Shown here: piece after piece, positions 34,696 through 45,307 of the stretch
How the letters are laid out: every line of letters starts with the position of its first letter
Numbering within the stretch: position 1 is the stretch's first letter
Assembly (NCBI GenBank): GCA_000146045.2
Contig: BK006947.3
Coordinates: 1 to 64,000, forward strand
Origin: TPA_inf: Saccharomyces
Taxonomy: Eukaryota
Direction of reading: 5' to 3'
DNA: 64,000 nucleotides
Position numbers and translations under genes: made by a program
Notes under the pieces: generated by a model
Databases searched by the model: none
What the model saw: the letters and a program-made list of their open reading frames with translations, nothing else
Told to the model about the DNA's origin: nothing

Positions 34696-37422
34696 ATGGC
34701 CAAAAATAACCACATTTCTGCCAGTGGTAACAGTACCTCTGGAGACCATCGTCTTAAAGAGGAGGTTCTGACCCCAACTACATCTGCCTCGACTCCTCAT
34801 AGAATATTTAGCGTGGACGATGATCCAAAGGAGATCCAAAACGATATCAGGTATCTTGAGGGTCTGCATGAAGGGTTGAAGTTCGCCCTGCATGCCAATA
34901 AATCCAAGCGATCTGTAAGCTCGCAATCACCAATCGTACATAGCAGCAACAACACGCTGCACCACCACGAGCACCAACAACACTTGCCGCCCACACTAGA
35001 GTCGCTATCCTCCAAGTCGCACTCTGTGCCAGACTTAAATACAGCTACTCCCAGCTCTCCGAAACGAATGCATTCATCTATCCGGGAATTACCTCATGAT
35101 GACAATGATGACGAGGACGCCAATGATGACAGTCGGTTCATTATACACGACTCGCACGGCCATGATTTACTTATAGACGAGATCAATTGCCAGTCGCCTT
35201 CACACTTGGAAAACAATGACCAGGCGTCTAATGCTTCGTCCACAGAGTCATTCACTTTACGAGAAAGACAGGACGCCATCAACGAGACCCACCCCTTCGG
35301 TATCAGGATATGGAAGCCTGCTTTATATAAGAAACACCGTTCAGTTCAAAGAACCGCGGCGCAAGACATTCACGAGACTCAGTTGAAGACTATTACCTGG
35401 GAGGTGACTTGTTCCAATGTGCTATGGTTTATTTTGTTCGGTTTCCCCATTGCGATACTCTTCTACTCGGCGGCTATTGTGGTATTTTTACTAGGCGGCG
35501 GAGGACTGGTAACGAACTCTGCGAAGGAGTACTCCAAGTGTCTGTATAAACTCGCCAATTATTTCCTTTGGCCTTTTGGCAAAATGGTATACTTGTTGCA
35601 GGACGAGCAATATTTACAAGAAGATAAGGATGAAGGTATTAGTATGCAGCAATTCTACAATTGGGTGACTTCATACTCCAACAGGCTGGTCTTCCACCAG
35701 TCTCAGGCCAAGTTTCAGCAAAGAGAGGACCATCCGGCCCCTGCAACGGAATCTTCGTCTTTGATGCCGCCCGCTAACACAACAGCAACACCGCTTAACT
35801 CGAACCATCCATCATATAATTCTATTAGACACGAAATTCCGCACGCAGCGGCTCAAAGACGGTACTTTGGGAGAGGAAAATGGAGCTGGGGTCGTGTTCT
35901 TTTCTATACAATCTTCCATCTCGTCTTGCAACCCATCCTTGCCGTCTTATCTCTTTGCCTCTGGCTCCTGGTGTTTACCATTCCCATGAGTAATGTTCTT
36001 TGGCAAATTATGTATCATTGCAGAAGACATCCGCTTGCATTAGGCTTCAAATATGTCGAGAACTCCTCCCAATCGCACGAAAATGAAATAACCCAGCAGC
36101 AATTGAACAAAAATATCCTCTTATGTACGTTCCGTGCCGCTGGCTGGCATTACTACAAGTACACAGTTGATGGTACAAATGTTATTGTTGTGAATTTAAT
36201 ATCCATCGTTTTCTTTACAATTTTTGACTTTTATGTTTTGAAAAATTTCCTGCATTGGAAAACGTGGTTCACATACGAATCCTCAATATTCATTCTTTGT
36301 TTGACATCCACCATCCCACTAGCATTTTACATTGGACAAGCAGTCGCATCGATCTCTGCTCAAACTTCCATGGGTGTCGGTGCTGTCATTAATGCATTTT
36401 TCTCGACCATTGTGGAAATTTTCTTGTACTGCGTTGCATTGCAACAAAAAAAGGGTCTTCTAGTGGAAGGATCCATGATTGGTTCCATTCTAGGTGCCGT
36501 TCTATTATTACCAGGTCTGTCCATGTGCGGTGGTGCTCTAAATAGGAAAACACAAAGATACAACCCTGCTAGCGCTGGTGTCTCTTCCGCATTGTTAATA
36601 TTTTCCATGATTGTAATGTTTGTCCCCACCGTTTTATACGAGATATATGGCGGCTACTCGGTAAACTGTGCAGACGGTGCTAACGACCGTGACTGTACTT
36701 TCTCGCATCCTCCCCTGAAGTTCAACCGTTTATTCACTCATGTTATTCAACCTATGTCCATATCTTGTGCCATTGTTCTCTTCTGTGCTTATATCATTGG
36801 CTTGTGGTTCACCCTTAGAACACATGCAAAGATGATTTGGCAATTGCCTATTGCGGACCCAACCTCGACCGCACCAGAACAACAGGAACAAAATTCTCAC
36901 GATGCACCCAATTGGTCAAGAAGCAAGTCTACTTGTATTTTACTTATGTCTACGCTCCTGTACGCAATAATTGCAGAAATCCTTGTTTCCTGTGTTGATG
37001 CTGTCCTAGAAGATATTCCCTCCTTGAATCCAAAGTTTCTAGGTCTCACCATTTTTGCTCTGATCCCCAATACGACAGAGTTTTTGAATGCCATTTCATT
37101 TGCCATCCATGGTAATGTAGCGTTATCAATGGAAATCGGTAGTGCTTATGCTTTACAGGTTTGTCTTTTACAAATCCCATCCTTAGTCATTTATTCCATT
37201 TTCTATACGTGGAATGTTAAAAAGTCGATGATTAATATCAGAACACAGATGTTCCCATTAGTCTTTCCCCGTTGGGACATATTTGGTGCTATGACGAGTG
37301 TTTTCATGTTCACCTATTTGTATGCTGAGGGTAAAAGTAACTATTTCAAGGGTTCCATGTTGATATTACTATATATCATTATTGTTGTAGGATTCTACTT
37401 CCAGGGAGCTCTTTCGGAGTAG
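34696..37422 (+). CDS. VNX1: CAX-family vacuolar monovalent cation/H+ antiporter VNX1 (YNL321W), 908 aa
   Basis: A long hydrophilic N-terminus is followed by ~11 TM segments with Na/Ca-exchanger alpha repeats (GNxxE-like: ALIPNTTEFLNAIS). Confidence 0.9.
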   Translation: MAKNNHISASGNSTSGDHRLKEEVLTPTTSASTPHRIFSVDDDPKEIQNDIRYLEGLHEGLKFALHANKSKRSVSSQSPIVHSSNNTLHHHEHQQHLPPTLESLSSKSHSVPDLNTATPSSPKRMHSSIRELPHDDNDDEDANDDSRFIIHDSHGHDLLIDEINCQSPSHLENNDQASNASSTESFTLRERQDAINETHPFGIRIWKPALYKKHRSVQRTAAQDIHETQLKTITWEVTCSNVLWFILFGFPIAILFYSAAIVVFLLGGGGLVTNSAKEYSKCLYKLANYFLWPFGKMVYLLQDEQYLQEDKDEGISMQQFYNWVTSYSNRLVFHQSQAKFQQREDHPAPATESSSLMPPANTTATPLNSNHPSYNSIRHEIPHAAAQRRYFGRGKWSWGRVLFYTIFHLVLQPILAVLSLCLWLLVFTIPMSNVLWQIMYHCRRHPLALGFKYVENSSQSHENEITQQQLNKNILLCTFRAAGWHYYKYTVDGTNVIVVNLISIVFFTIFDFYVLKNFLHWKTWFTYESSIFILCLTSTIPLAFYIGQAVASISAQTSMGVGAVINAFFSTIVEIFLYCVALQQKKGLLVEGSMIGSILGAVLLLPGLSMCGGALNRKTQRYNPASAGVSSALLIFSMIVMFVPTVLYEIYGGYSVNCADGANDRDCTFSHPPLKFNRLFTHVIQPMSISCAIVLFCAYIIGLWFTLRTHAKMIWQLPIADPTSTAPEQQEQNSHDAPNWSRSKSTCILLMSTLLYAIIAEILVSCVDAVLEDIPSLNPKFLGLTIFALIPNTTEFLNAISFAIHGNVALSMEIGSAYALQVCLLQIPSLVIYSIFYTWNVKKSMINIRTQMFPLVFPRWDIFGAMTSVFMFTYLYAEGKSNYFKGSMLILLYIIIVVGFYFQGALSE

Positions 37423-37699
37423 AAAGCAACTGTCCCCGCTTTTCACCTGGATACCTACCAATTTTTCTTTTTCTTATATCTTTGTATTGTTTGTCTTTCT
37501 TATTACTTTTTATTCTATATAGTCTTTAGTTAATTAATTACCCGCAACGATCATTAACACCTCTTAAATTGATCTACTCACAATTGGGTTGTTCTTATAC
37601 TTAGAGAGGTGCGTTCCTCGAAATAACTCGAATCAAGCCCACACCTGCTCCCTTTTTTATTTCTCCGTCAATTGCACTGTAGAATCCTTTTCTGGTCTC

Positions 37700-38554
37700 A
37701 TGTTGTGGAAAGTTTCTAAGATGTTCTTGGGTGGCTTGGTAGCGCTAACAACAATATCGGTTGCGACCCTTTATCACTACCAAAATCGCCTAGTCTACCC
37801 ATCATGGGCTCAAGGCGCCAGGAATCATGTTGACACTCCTGATTCCCGTGGAATCCCTTATGAAAAGCTAACCCTAATTACACAAGACCACATTAAACTC
37901 GAGGCATGGGATATCAAGAATGAAAACTCAACAAGTACTGTGTTGATCTTATGTCCCAATGCCGGTAATATTGGATACTTTATACTAATAATTGACATTT
38001 TCTATCGTCAGTTTGGAATGAGTGTATTTATTTATTCGTATCGTGGTTATGGTAACTCAGAAGGTTCACCCAGCGAAAAGGGTTTGAAATTGGACGCTGA
38101 TTGTGTCATATCGCATTTGTCAACGGATTCTTTCCATTCAAAGAGAAAACTAGTATTGTATGGTAGATCTCTAGGTGGTGCTAATGCTCTTTACATTGCT
38201 TCAAAATTTCGGGATCTATGCGATGGCGTTATACTGGAGAATACATTTTTGAGTATTCGAAAAGTTATCCCATATATTTTCCCCCTTTTGAAACGCTTTA
38301 CGCTTTTATGTCACGAAATCTGGAATTCAGAAGGCCTTATGGGAAGCTGTAGTTCAGAGACGCCATTCTTGTTTTTAAGTGGATTAAAAGATGAAATCGT
38401 TCCACCCTTCCACATGAGGAAACTGTACGAAACATGTCCTAGTTCGAACAAAAAGATTTTCGAATTTCCACTTGGTTCACACAATGATACTATTATTCAA
38501 GATGGGTACTGGGATATAATAAGAGATTTTCTAATAGAGAAGGGTTTTATCTAA
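37700..38554 (+). CDS. Alpha/beta-hydrolase (BEM46-like) YNL320W, 284 aa
   Basis: ATG at 37700 (MLWKVSKMFLGG...), with a GRSLGG nucleophile elbow. The track ORF starts 111 nt upstream. Confidence 0.85.
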   Translation: MLWKVSKMFLGGLVALTTISVATLYHYQNRLVYPSWAQGARNHVDTPDSRGIPYEKLTLITQDHIKLEAWDIKNENSTSTVLILCPNAGNIGYFILIIDIFYRQFGMSVFIYSYRGYGNSEGSPSEKGLKLDADCVISHLSTDSFHSKRKLVLYGRSLGGANALYIASKFRDLCDGVILENTFLSIRKVIPYIFPLLKRFTLLCHEIWNSEGLMGSCSSETPFLFLSGLKDEIVPPFHMRKLYETCPSSNKKIFEFPLGSHNDTIIQDGYWDIIRDFLIEKGFI

Positions 38555-38706
38555 AAGTAATAATCAAAATATTTGATAGATTTATTTACTTTACTGTATG
38601 TAAAGAAAATGTGGTCAGTCCTCACGGCCACTTAGTTACTGATGGTTATTTATTATGGAAAAAAAAACTGCACTTTGCTACTTCTTCTATTTATATTATG
38701 TAATAT

Positions 38707-40329
38707 CTACTCCGGTTCAAATATTTTATTGATCTCTTGCTCATTCTTTTTCCTCGTTTCAGGAACTAGTATCCAACTGAATATTATCAACGCTAATAGG
38801 CAAGCAGCAAATATGTATCCTAGTTTGAAATCAATTTTGGATACAATCATTGGTGTTAAAAGTGATATTAAGAAATTGAACATCCAATTGATAAATGTGC
38901 AAATAGCCATTGATATGGCCCTCGTTCTTAGAGGGAACAATTCGGACACTAGTACAAATGTAACTGGGCCCAATGTTATTGCAAACCAAAAAATAAAACA
39001 ACAAGTCACGATAATTAAAACAATATTTGAGAAGTCCGTTTCTCTTCCAAATGTCCCCACAGTAGCATATGTCATCATATAAAATAATAAATTTGTTGAA
39101 CCATATAATAAACATGTCTTGTGGCCCCATTTCTCCACGTAATATATGCCTAATATCGTAGAAAGGAAGTTAACACTTGACAGTATGATTGAAGTAATAT
39201 AAGGATCCTTAATCCCGACACCTTTGAAAACAGACGTTCCGTAATAAAAGAAATAATTTATTCCGGACAGCTGTTGAAATGCCATTATCATCATACCAAT
39301 AATCAGTCTCAACCATAACTTTGGCTTTCCCATAATAAATTCAAATGTGTTTCTTTTAACTAAGCTTTGCTTTTTTGATTCGTTGTTAGTTTCCTCATTA
39401 TTATAGTTATTTTCCAGCAAATCATCGATGAATTCAATTACCATGCTATCCGTCGCAGGGATGCCATTCATCCTCGCAAAAGAGTATTTAGCAGAGGGCA
39501 CATCATTTTTGATTTTTGCCAAGTACTGTGGAGATTCAGGAACGTAAACAAGTGACATTCCAATTATAATTGCCCAAATGTATCCCAAGAACAATGGCAA
39601 TTGCCAGGCTATATTTTGTGTAGGATCTTTATAACATCTTTCGCATATGAAATTTAAAATGTTTCCCATTAGTATGCCAAATGTTACAATCAATTGATAC
39701 GTAGATACCATGGAGCCTCTGATTTTTAGTGGAGAATTCTCGGAGAGAAACATTGGCACCAAGACAGTGGTTACTCCCACACCGATTCCCGTTACGGCTC
39801 TTCCCAATGTCAAAAAATACCACCTTCCATAGGAGAGAATTTGAATGGTTATACCGATGCAGTACACTACTAAGGCAAACCATATACCACCTTTCCTACC
39901 AATCCAATCACCGATTTTTGACAGAGTTAAAGCCCCTACGCCACAACTGATGTTAAAAATACTGATAATTAGGCCTATTTGCAGATCAGTAAGTTTCTTA
40001 GTAGATACAAAAATTGTTTCATCGTCATGGATAATATTAGTTGTGCCAAATTTTTCTTGAAAGCTAACCATATTTGTCATTCCACCGATGGTTCCAATGT
40101 CCCATCCAAAAATAAAGCCACCAAGCGAGATTACCAAGCACAATAAAACGGGAATATGCAGACTCGCATTGTGACTAATCTTTGCTGCTTGGCCTTCTAT
40201 ATTTTCTTCTTTATCATCTAGATACTTAATGGTTACATTATAATCCCTTCCCCTGCCTGCATCAAGCTCATTATTGTGAAAATGAGAGATGTATCCCGAG
40301 CTATGTTGATACGGAATCTGAGCAGTCAT
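38707..40329 (-). CDS. HXT14: Hexose-transporter family member HXT14 (YNL318C), 540 aa
   Basis: ATG at 40329 (MTAQIPYQHSSGYIS...). It is an MFS sugar porter with 12 TM segments and the PESPQYL motif. Confidence 0.9.
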   Translation of the reverse strand: MTAQIPYQHSSGYISHFHNNELDAGRGRDYNVTIKYLDDKEENIEGQAAKISHNASLHIPVLLCLVISLGGFIFGWDIGTIGGMTNMVSFQEKFGTTNIIHDDETIFVSTKKLTDLQIGLIISIFNISCGVGALTLSKIGDWIGRKGGIWFALVVYCIGITIQILSYGRWYFLTLGRAVTGIGVGVTTVLVPMFLSENSPLKIRGSMVSTYQLIVTFGILMGNILNFICERCYKDPTQNIAWQLPLFLGYIWAIIIGMSLVYVPESPQYLAKIKNDVPSAKYSFARMNGIPATDSMVIEFIDDLLENNYNNEETNNESKKQSLVKRNTFEFIMGKPKLWLRLIIGMMIMAFQQLSGINYFFYYGTSVFKGVGIKDPYITSIILSSVNFLSTILGIYYVEKWGHKTCLLYGSTNLLFYMMTYATVGTFGRETDFSNIVLIIVTCCFIFWFAITLGPVTFVLVSELFPLRTRAISMAICTFINWMFNFLISLLTPMIVSKIDFKLGYIFAACLLALIIFSWILVPETRKKNEQEINKIFEPE

Positions 40330-40618
40330 TTCTAGCAATAATTGAAGTACTTTACTTCCTAAGAATACGTTAACAAATTCTTTGTTAGTATTTCTAATTA
40401 AAAGTGGTTAATTGTTCTGTTAAACAGTATTCAATGTTGCTATTTGAATTTGTGTCATCATTAGAATTACTGACATTTTTATTTTCTATTTTTTTTTCTA
40501 TTTTTTTTCCTCTTCTTTTGAGGGCCGACGTATCGATTTGTCAAGGGAAGTATAATTAAAGAAAGCACTGATATACAGGTTGCTGGGTAGATATTAAGAA
40601 GCTCAACATAGACACGTT

Positions 40619-42016
40619 ATGGACGGGCATAATCAGAACCAGTACCAGAATCAGAATCAAATTCAGCAGTCACAACAACCACCTCTGAAGAAATATGTGA
40701 CACAGAGACGATCGGTAGACGTGAGTTCTCCGTATATTAACCTATATTACAACAGACGACATGGATTACCGAACCTAGTGGTAGAGCCAGAAACTTCATA
40801 CACAATAGATATAATGCCGCCTAATGCCTACAGAGGTCGAGATCGAGTCATAAATTTGCCCAGCAAATTTACGCATTTAAGCTCGAATAAAGTGAAACAT
40901 GTGATACCCGCCATCCAATGGACCCCAGAAGGCAGAAGACTTGTAGTAGCAACTTATAGCGGAGAATTTTCTCTATGGAACGCATCTTCGTTTACGTTTG
41001 AAACCCTCATGCAAGCACATGATTCGGCTGTGACTACAATGAAATATTCTCACGACAGTGATTGGATGATTAGTGGGGACGCAGATGGAATGATTAAGAT
41101 ATGGCAACCAAACTTTAGTATGGTTAAAGAAATTGATGCTGCACACACGGAAAGTATTAGGGATATGGCATTCAGTAGTAACGACTCGAAATTTGTTACC
41201 TGTTCAGATGATAATATCTTGAAGATTTGGAACTTCAGCAATGGCAAACAAGAAAGAGTATTATCGGGGCACCACTGGGACGTGAAAAGTTGTGATTGGC
41301 ATCCCGAGATGGGGTTAATTGCCTCCGCATCTAAGGACAATTTAGTAAAACTGTGGGATCCGCGTTCCGGAAACTGCATATCATCAATTCTGAAGTTCAA
41401 ACATACTGTCTTGAAGACGCGATTTCAACCCACCAAGGGAAATCTATTAATGGCGATTTCAAAAGATAAATCGTGTCGTGTGTTCGACATTAGATACAGT
41501 ATGAAGGAACTAATGTGTGTAAGAGATGAAACGGATTATATGACACTAGAATGGCACCCAATAAATGAATCTATGTTCACTCTGGCGTGCTATGACGGCT
41601 CGCTAAAGCATTTTGATCTTTTACAAAATCTAAACGAACCTATTTTGACTATTCCATACGCCCATGATAAGTGTATCACCTCGTTATCATATAATCCAGT
41701 AGGACATATATTTGCCACAGCAGCTAAGGATAGAACCATAAGATTTTGGACTAGAGCGAGGCCAATTGATCCTAATGCATATGATGATCCAACTTATAAC
41801 AATAAGAAGATAAATGGATGGTTTTTTGGCATCAATAACGACATCAATGCTGTGAGAGAGAAGAGTGAATTCGGTGCGGCCCCGCCACCACCAGCTACAC
41901 TTGAACCACATGCGTTACCAAACATGAATGGATTCATCAACAAGAAACCGCGTCAAGAAATCCCAGGCATCGATTCAAACATCAAGAGTTCCACATTGCC
42001 AGGTTTAAGCATATAA
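40619..42016 (+). CDS. PFS2: WD40 cleavage/polyadenylation factor subunit PFS2 (YNL317W), 465 aa
   Basis: It has seven WD repeats and an N-terminal Q/N-rich stretch. Confidence 0.95.
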   Translation: MDGHNQNQYQNQNQIQQSQQPPLKKYVTQRRSVDVSSPYINLYYNRRHGLPNLVVEPETSYTIDIMPPNAYRGRDRVINLPSKFTHLSSNKVKHVIPAIQWTPEGRRLVVATYSGEFSLWNASSFTFETLMQAHDSAVTTMKYSHDSDWMISGDADGMIKIWQPNFSMVKEIDAAHTESIRDMAFSSNDSKFVTCSDDNILKIWNFSNGKQERVLSGHHWDVKSCDWHPEMGLIASASKDNLVKLWDPRSGNCISSILKFKHTVLKTRFQPTKGNLLMAISKDKSCRVFDIRYSMKELMCVRDETDYMTLEWHPINESMFTLACYDGSLKHFDLLQNLNEPILTIPYAHDKCITSLSYNPVGHIFATAAKDRTIRFWTRARPIDPNAYDDPTYNNKKINGWFFGINNDINAVREKSEFGAAPPPPATLEPHALPNMNGFINKKPRQEIPGIDSNIKSSTLPGLSI

Positions 42017-42070
42017 AAGTGCGCTTTGACGAGATTTTAGGATACATAAATAAAAAGACTATATAACATA

Positions 42071-43075
42071 TTATTTGTGATAATATCTCTCATTTCTGGG
42101 GAATGTACCCCACAGGCACCACTGTTTACTTTTGTCGCTGATATCTTCATAGAATTTTTCTTTATTCTTTGGGGTATTCTTCTCGGTGTAATATTCAATG
42201 AAAAATAAATATCGCCAGTTTCTATCATGTTCGTCCAAATGGAATGGTCTAGAGTTTATAGAACACATGTTGAGTGAATGGATTTTTAGTATGTTCAAAA
42301 CATCTACCAAAGAACCAGGGTCATCTTGACGAGTAGTAAAGGTGAGTAGGTTAACCCGTAGTAATCCAGTGTCTTCTACTTCATTGTCGCCTGCGTTCTC
42401 CCTTCTCTTCAATACTAAAAATCTTGTTGTATTTCCTAGCTTATCATTTATCGAATGTTCAATGATGTACGCCTTATGCAATTGGGCAGCTGTTTCACTA
42501 GCAATGGCTAAATGCAGAATGTTGTCGCAATCGGCCGTTGATGACCGAATGCATTGGTTCACTGATTCAGATGTGGAAGAACAATCCAATCTTATAAAGG
42601 TGACCTGCGGAAATTTTTCTGCCATGGACCTTAAGTAACATTCAACCTGGCCCCATACTTGCGGATGTGAGTGTATTATGACTTCTTCAAAATTTCCAAG
42701 GGATGCAATACCATTTGGTAGTTGGATTGGGCTGATTAGACAATGGGTAATGGGTACATATTGCTCCGCTATAACTTCTATATCTGGTGTAATTCTATTA
42801 GTATCTGCTGGAGCAGGTAAGGATAGGGCTTTTTTGATCATCCTATCACGCAAGAGATCATAGGAAAAAACTACTTGTCCATTGGTGGAATTTTCCAACG
42901 GTACCACTGAATAATCTATACTAGTGTCGTTCTCCAATTGGTTAAAACATTGGGGGATAGAGGCTGCTGGGAGGTACTCAACATCAGATGTTGATTGAAA
43001 TTGTTGTAATGCAGCTTGATGGGAATACGTACCTTTGGGACCCAGAAAAAGAACCCTCAAAGTCTTGCTGGCCAT
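42071..43075 (-). CDS. PHA2: Prephenate dehydratase PHA2 (YNL316C), 334 aa
   Basis: ATG at 43075 (MASKTLRVLFLGPKGTYSHQAA...). The track ORF starts 34 codons upstream. Confidence 0.9.
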   Translation of the reverse strand: MASKTLRVLFLGPKGTYSHQAALQQFQSTSDVEYLPAASIPQCFNQLENDTSIDYSVVPLENSTNGQVVFSYDLLRDRMIKKALSLPAPADTNRITPDIEVIAEQYVPITHCLISPIQLPNGIASLGNFEEVIIHSHPQVWGQVECYLRSMAEKFPQVTFIRLDCSSTSESVNQCIRSSTADCDNILHLAIASETAAQLHKAYIIEHSINDKLGNTTRFLVLKRRENAGDNEVEDTGLLRVNLLTFTTRQDDPGSLVDVLNILKIHSLNMCSINSRPFHLDEHDRNWRYLFFIEYYTEKNTPKNKEKFYEDISDKSKQWCLWGTFPRNERYYHK

Positions 43076-43323
43076 AATTGAAGGATGAATGCGGAAATAT
43101 AATGAAGTTGCTTTTCGTACTTTTTTAGCCTGTTCTTTCTGCGTATTATATTCATCTACTAAAATTTTTATTTTCATTTTTCATTATGAAAATACAAGAG
43201 TCATGCTGATAACTGTGTAAAGAAACTGTACGCTTGTCGCAGATGATGTAGTACGTATTTTATTTACAGGTGTCATTAATATATATATATATATATATAT
43301 ACGTATACGGAAGTAATTCTTCG

Positions 43324-44280
43324 TTAATTTTCCATGGACTGTGATAGCGAAATCAATTTCTCGACGGTGAATCCCGGAGAGGCCTTAGAGAAATCTCTTA
43401 ACAACTGCACTCTCTGTTTAGCAACTGGAGTTTCTTCACCCATTGCACCATAAAACCTTTGCACGTTTAGCAATAACAGCTGTGCATCCTGTACATTCAC
43501 GTTTGTATCCGGTTCAACATGGCCATTCATAAAAACAATTCCCTTATCCTTGACCAAATCAGAATGGAACTGCAAGGTAGTATGTGGCCTTGCAAATTCC
43601 TGGTGTAGTTTGTATTCTGCTAGGGAAGTCATCATACAATGTGTTGTTTGGGGTCCGACAAACTGCCATTGGATGTAGTGTAGTTCCATTCCCTGTTCTT
43701 CGTTCGGTTTTGCATCCTCAGATTGAACTTGTCTAGGAAGTGGCAACACGAATATAGGGTTATTCCTGGCATTTGCCATCATCTTATCATAAACGGAGAC
43801 AGGAATCACAGCGCATAATGTATTATCTTTTTGTGCCCATCTTGCTCTCCAAAGAAACTCTACTTCCTGTTTCGATAAGTCCTTCAGTTTTCCAACATCC
43901 AAAAAAGAGTCCAATGTTTTGAAGGGAACTTTAGGAGCACTTGGATCGAGAGGACTTCTTGATTTCGTCATCAAATGCTTGGAGTTGTTATTTTCCATTT
44001 GAGTTTTTTGTTGGTAATCCTCTAGTTCTTTCAGGGGGTCGATTTTATTAAATTCCCGCTTCTTAGACTCTATAGTCTCTTTCAAATGATTTTTCAACTC
44101 TTCTATGCTGTTAAAACCTTGTTTTTGAGCCTCTTCCAAAAGTTTCTTTCTATACTTCTGCTCTGGGCTGGAAGAATAAAAACGAAAAACAGGAACTGTT
44201 CCAATTGCCTTGTTAAAAATGGGCGACAGCTGATTAGAAATATGGATTCTAGTGCCGATTTTTCTGGTTAGTCTCCACAT
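43324..44280 (-). CDS. ATP11: F1-ATPase assembly chaperone ATP11 (YNL315C), 318 aa
   Basis: ATG at 44280 ([20 protein letters not shown]...), with a mitochondrial presequence. Confidence 0.9.
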
Positions 44281-44446
44281 AGTTATTCTTAAATCTCTTT
44301 TGTTCTCTATTTTCAAGTCTTGATAAGTTCTTCACATCCTTCGATTACGGCGTCAAAATAAGCGTTATTTCCATTCGGGTGAGTTGAACCATTGATAACA
44401 ACATGGTTTAACGATACTTTGAAAGGTTTAGGCGGAGCCAACCATA

Positions 44447-45214
44447 ATGGATGAATCGGTGGATCCTGTGGAGCTGCTTCTACGACTACTGATACGGCAC
44501 AAACCTCATCTGAAACCATATGCCTACAGACAAGATAGCTGGCAAAGGGTGCTCGATGAGTACAACAGACAGACTGGGTCAAGATATAGACAATCAAGGA
44601 CGTTAAAAACCAAATTTCGTCGACTGAAGGACCTCTTCAGCGCAGATCGAGCCCAATTCTCTCCTTCCCAGTTGAAGCTGATGGGAGCACTCTTGGACGA
44701 AGCACCAGAACATCCAAGACCAAGAACTAAATTCGGAAATGAATCATCTTCATCCTTATCATCATCTTCTTTCATTAAAAGTCATCCGGGGCCTGATCCG
44801 TTTCAACAATTATCATCCGCTGAACATCCGAATAACCACAGCTCCGACGATGAGCATTCAGGCTCACAACCGCTGCCCCTGGATTCAATAACGATTGGAA
44901 TTCCGCCTACTCTTCACACAATCCCCATGATTCTGTCTAAGGATAACGACGTCGGGAAAGTCATCAAAAGCCCTAAGATAAACAAGGGTACAAATAGGTT
45001 CAGCGAGACAGTACTGCCTCCACAAATGGCTGCTGAGCAATCGTGGTCGGACTCTAATATGGAATTGGAAATATGTCTAGATTATCTTCACAACGAACTC
45101 GAGGTGATAAAGAAAAGGCAAGAAGATTTTGAGTGTAAAGTTTTAAACAAGCTCAACATAATTGAGGCTCTCCTTTCACAGATGAGACCACCCAGCCAAG
45201 GAGATAAAATATAA
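44447..45214 (+). CDS. DAL82: Allantoin-pathway transcriptional activator DAL82 (YNL314W), 255 aa
   Basis: MDESVDPVELLLRLLIRHKPHL..., with a C-terminal coiled coil. Confidence 0.9.
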   Translation: MDESVDPVELLLRLLIRHKPHLKPYAYRQDSWQRVLDEYNRQTGSRYRQSRTLKTKFRRLKDLFSADRAQFSPSQLKLMGALLDEAPEHPRPRTKFGNESSSSLSSSSFIKSHPGPDPFQQLSSAEHPNNHSSDDEHSGSQPLPLDSITIGIPPTLHTIPMILSKDNDVGKVIKSPKINKGTNRFSETVLPPQMAAEQSWSDSNMELEICLDYLHNELEVIKKRQEDFECKVLNKLNIIEALLSQMRPPSQGDKI

Positions 45215-45307
45215 AAACTTCTATTAGATATGCTTGATTCATGTCCATATGTATCTATTTATACAAACATTACGTAATATACACAGATTATACATGAAAG
45301 GTGCTCT

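Noticed and set aside
38642-39130. ORFs 38642-39082 (+) and 38831-39130 (-) overlapping HXT14
   Set aside because: They are antisense to, or nested within, the conserved transporter gene (dubious YNL319W).
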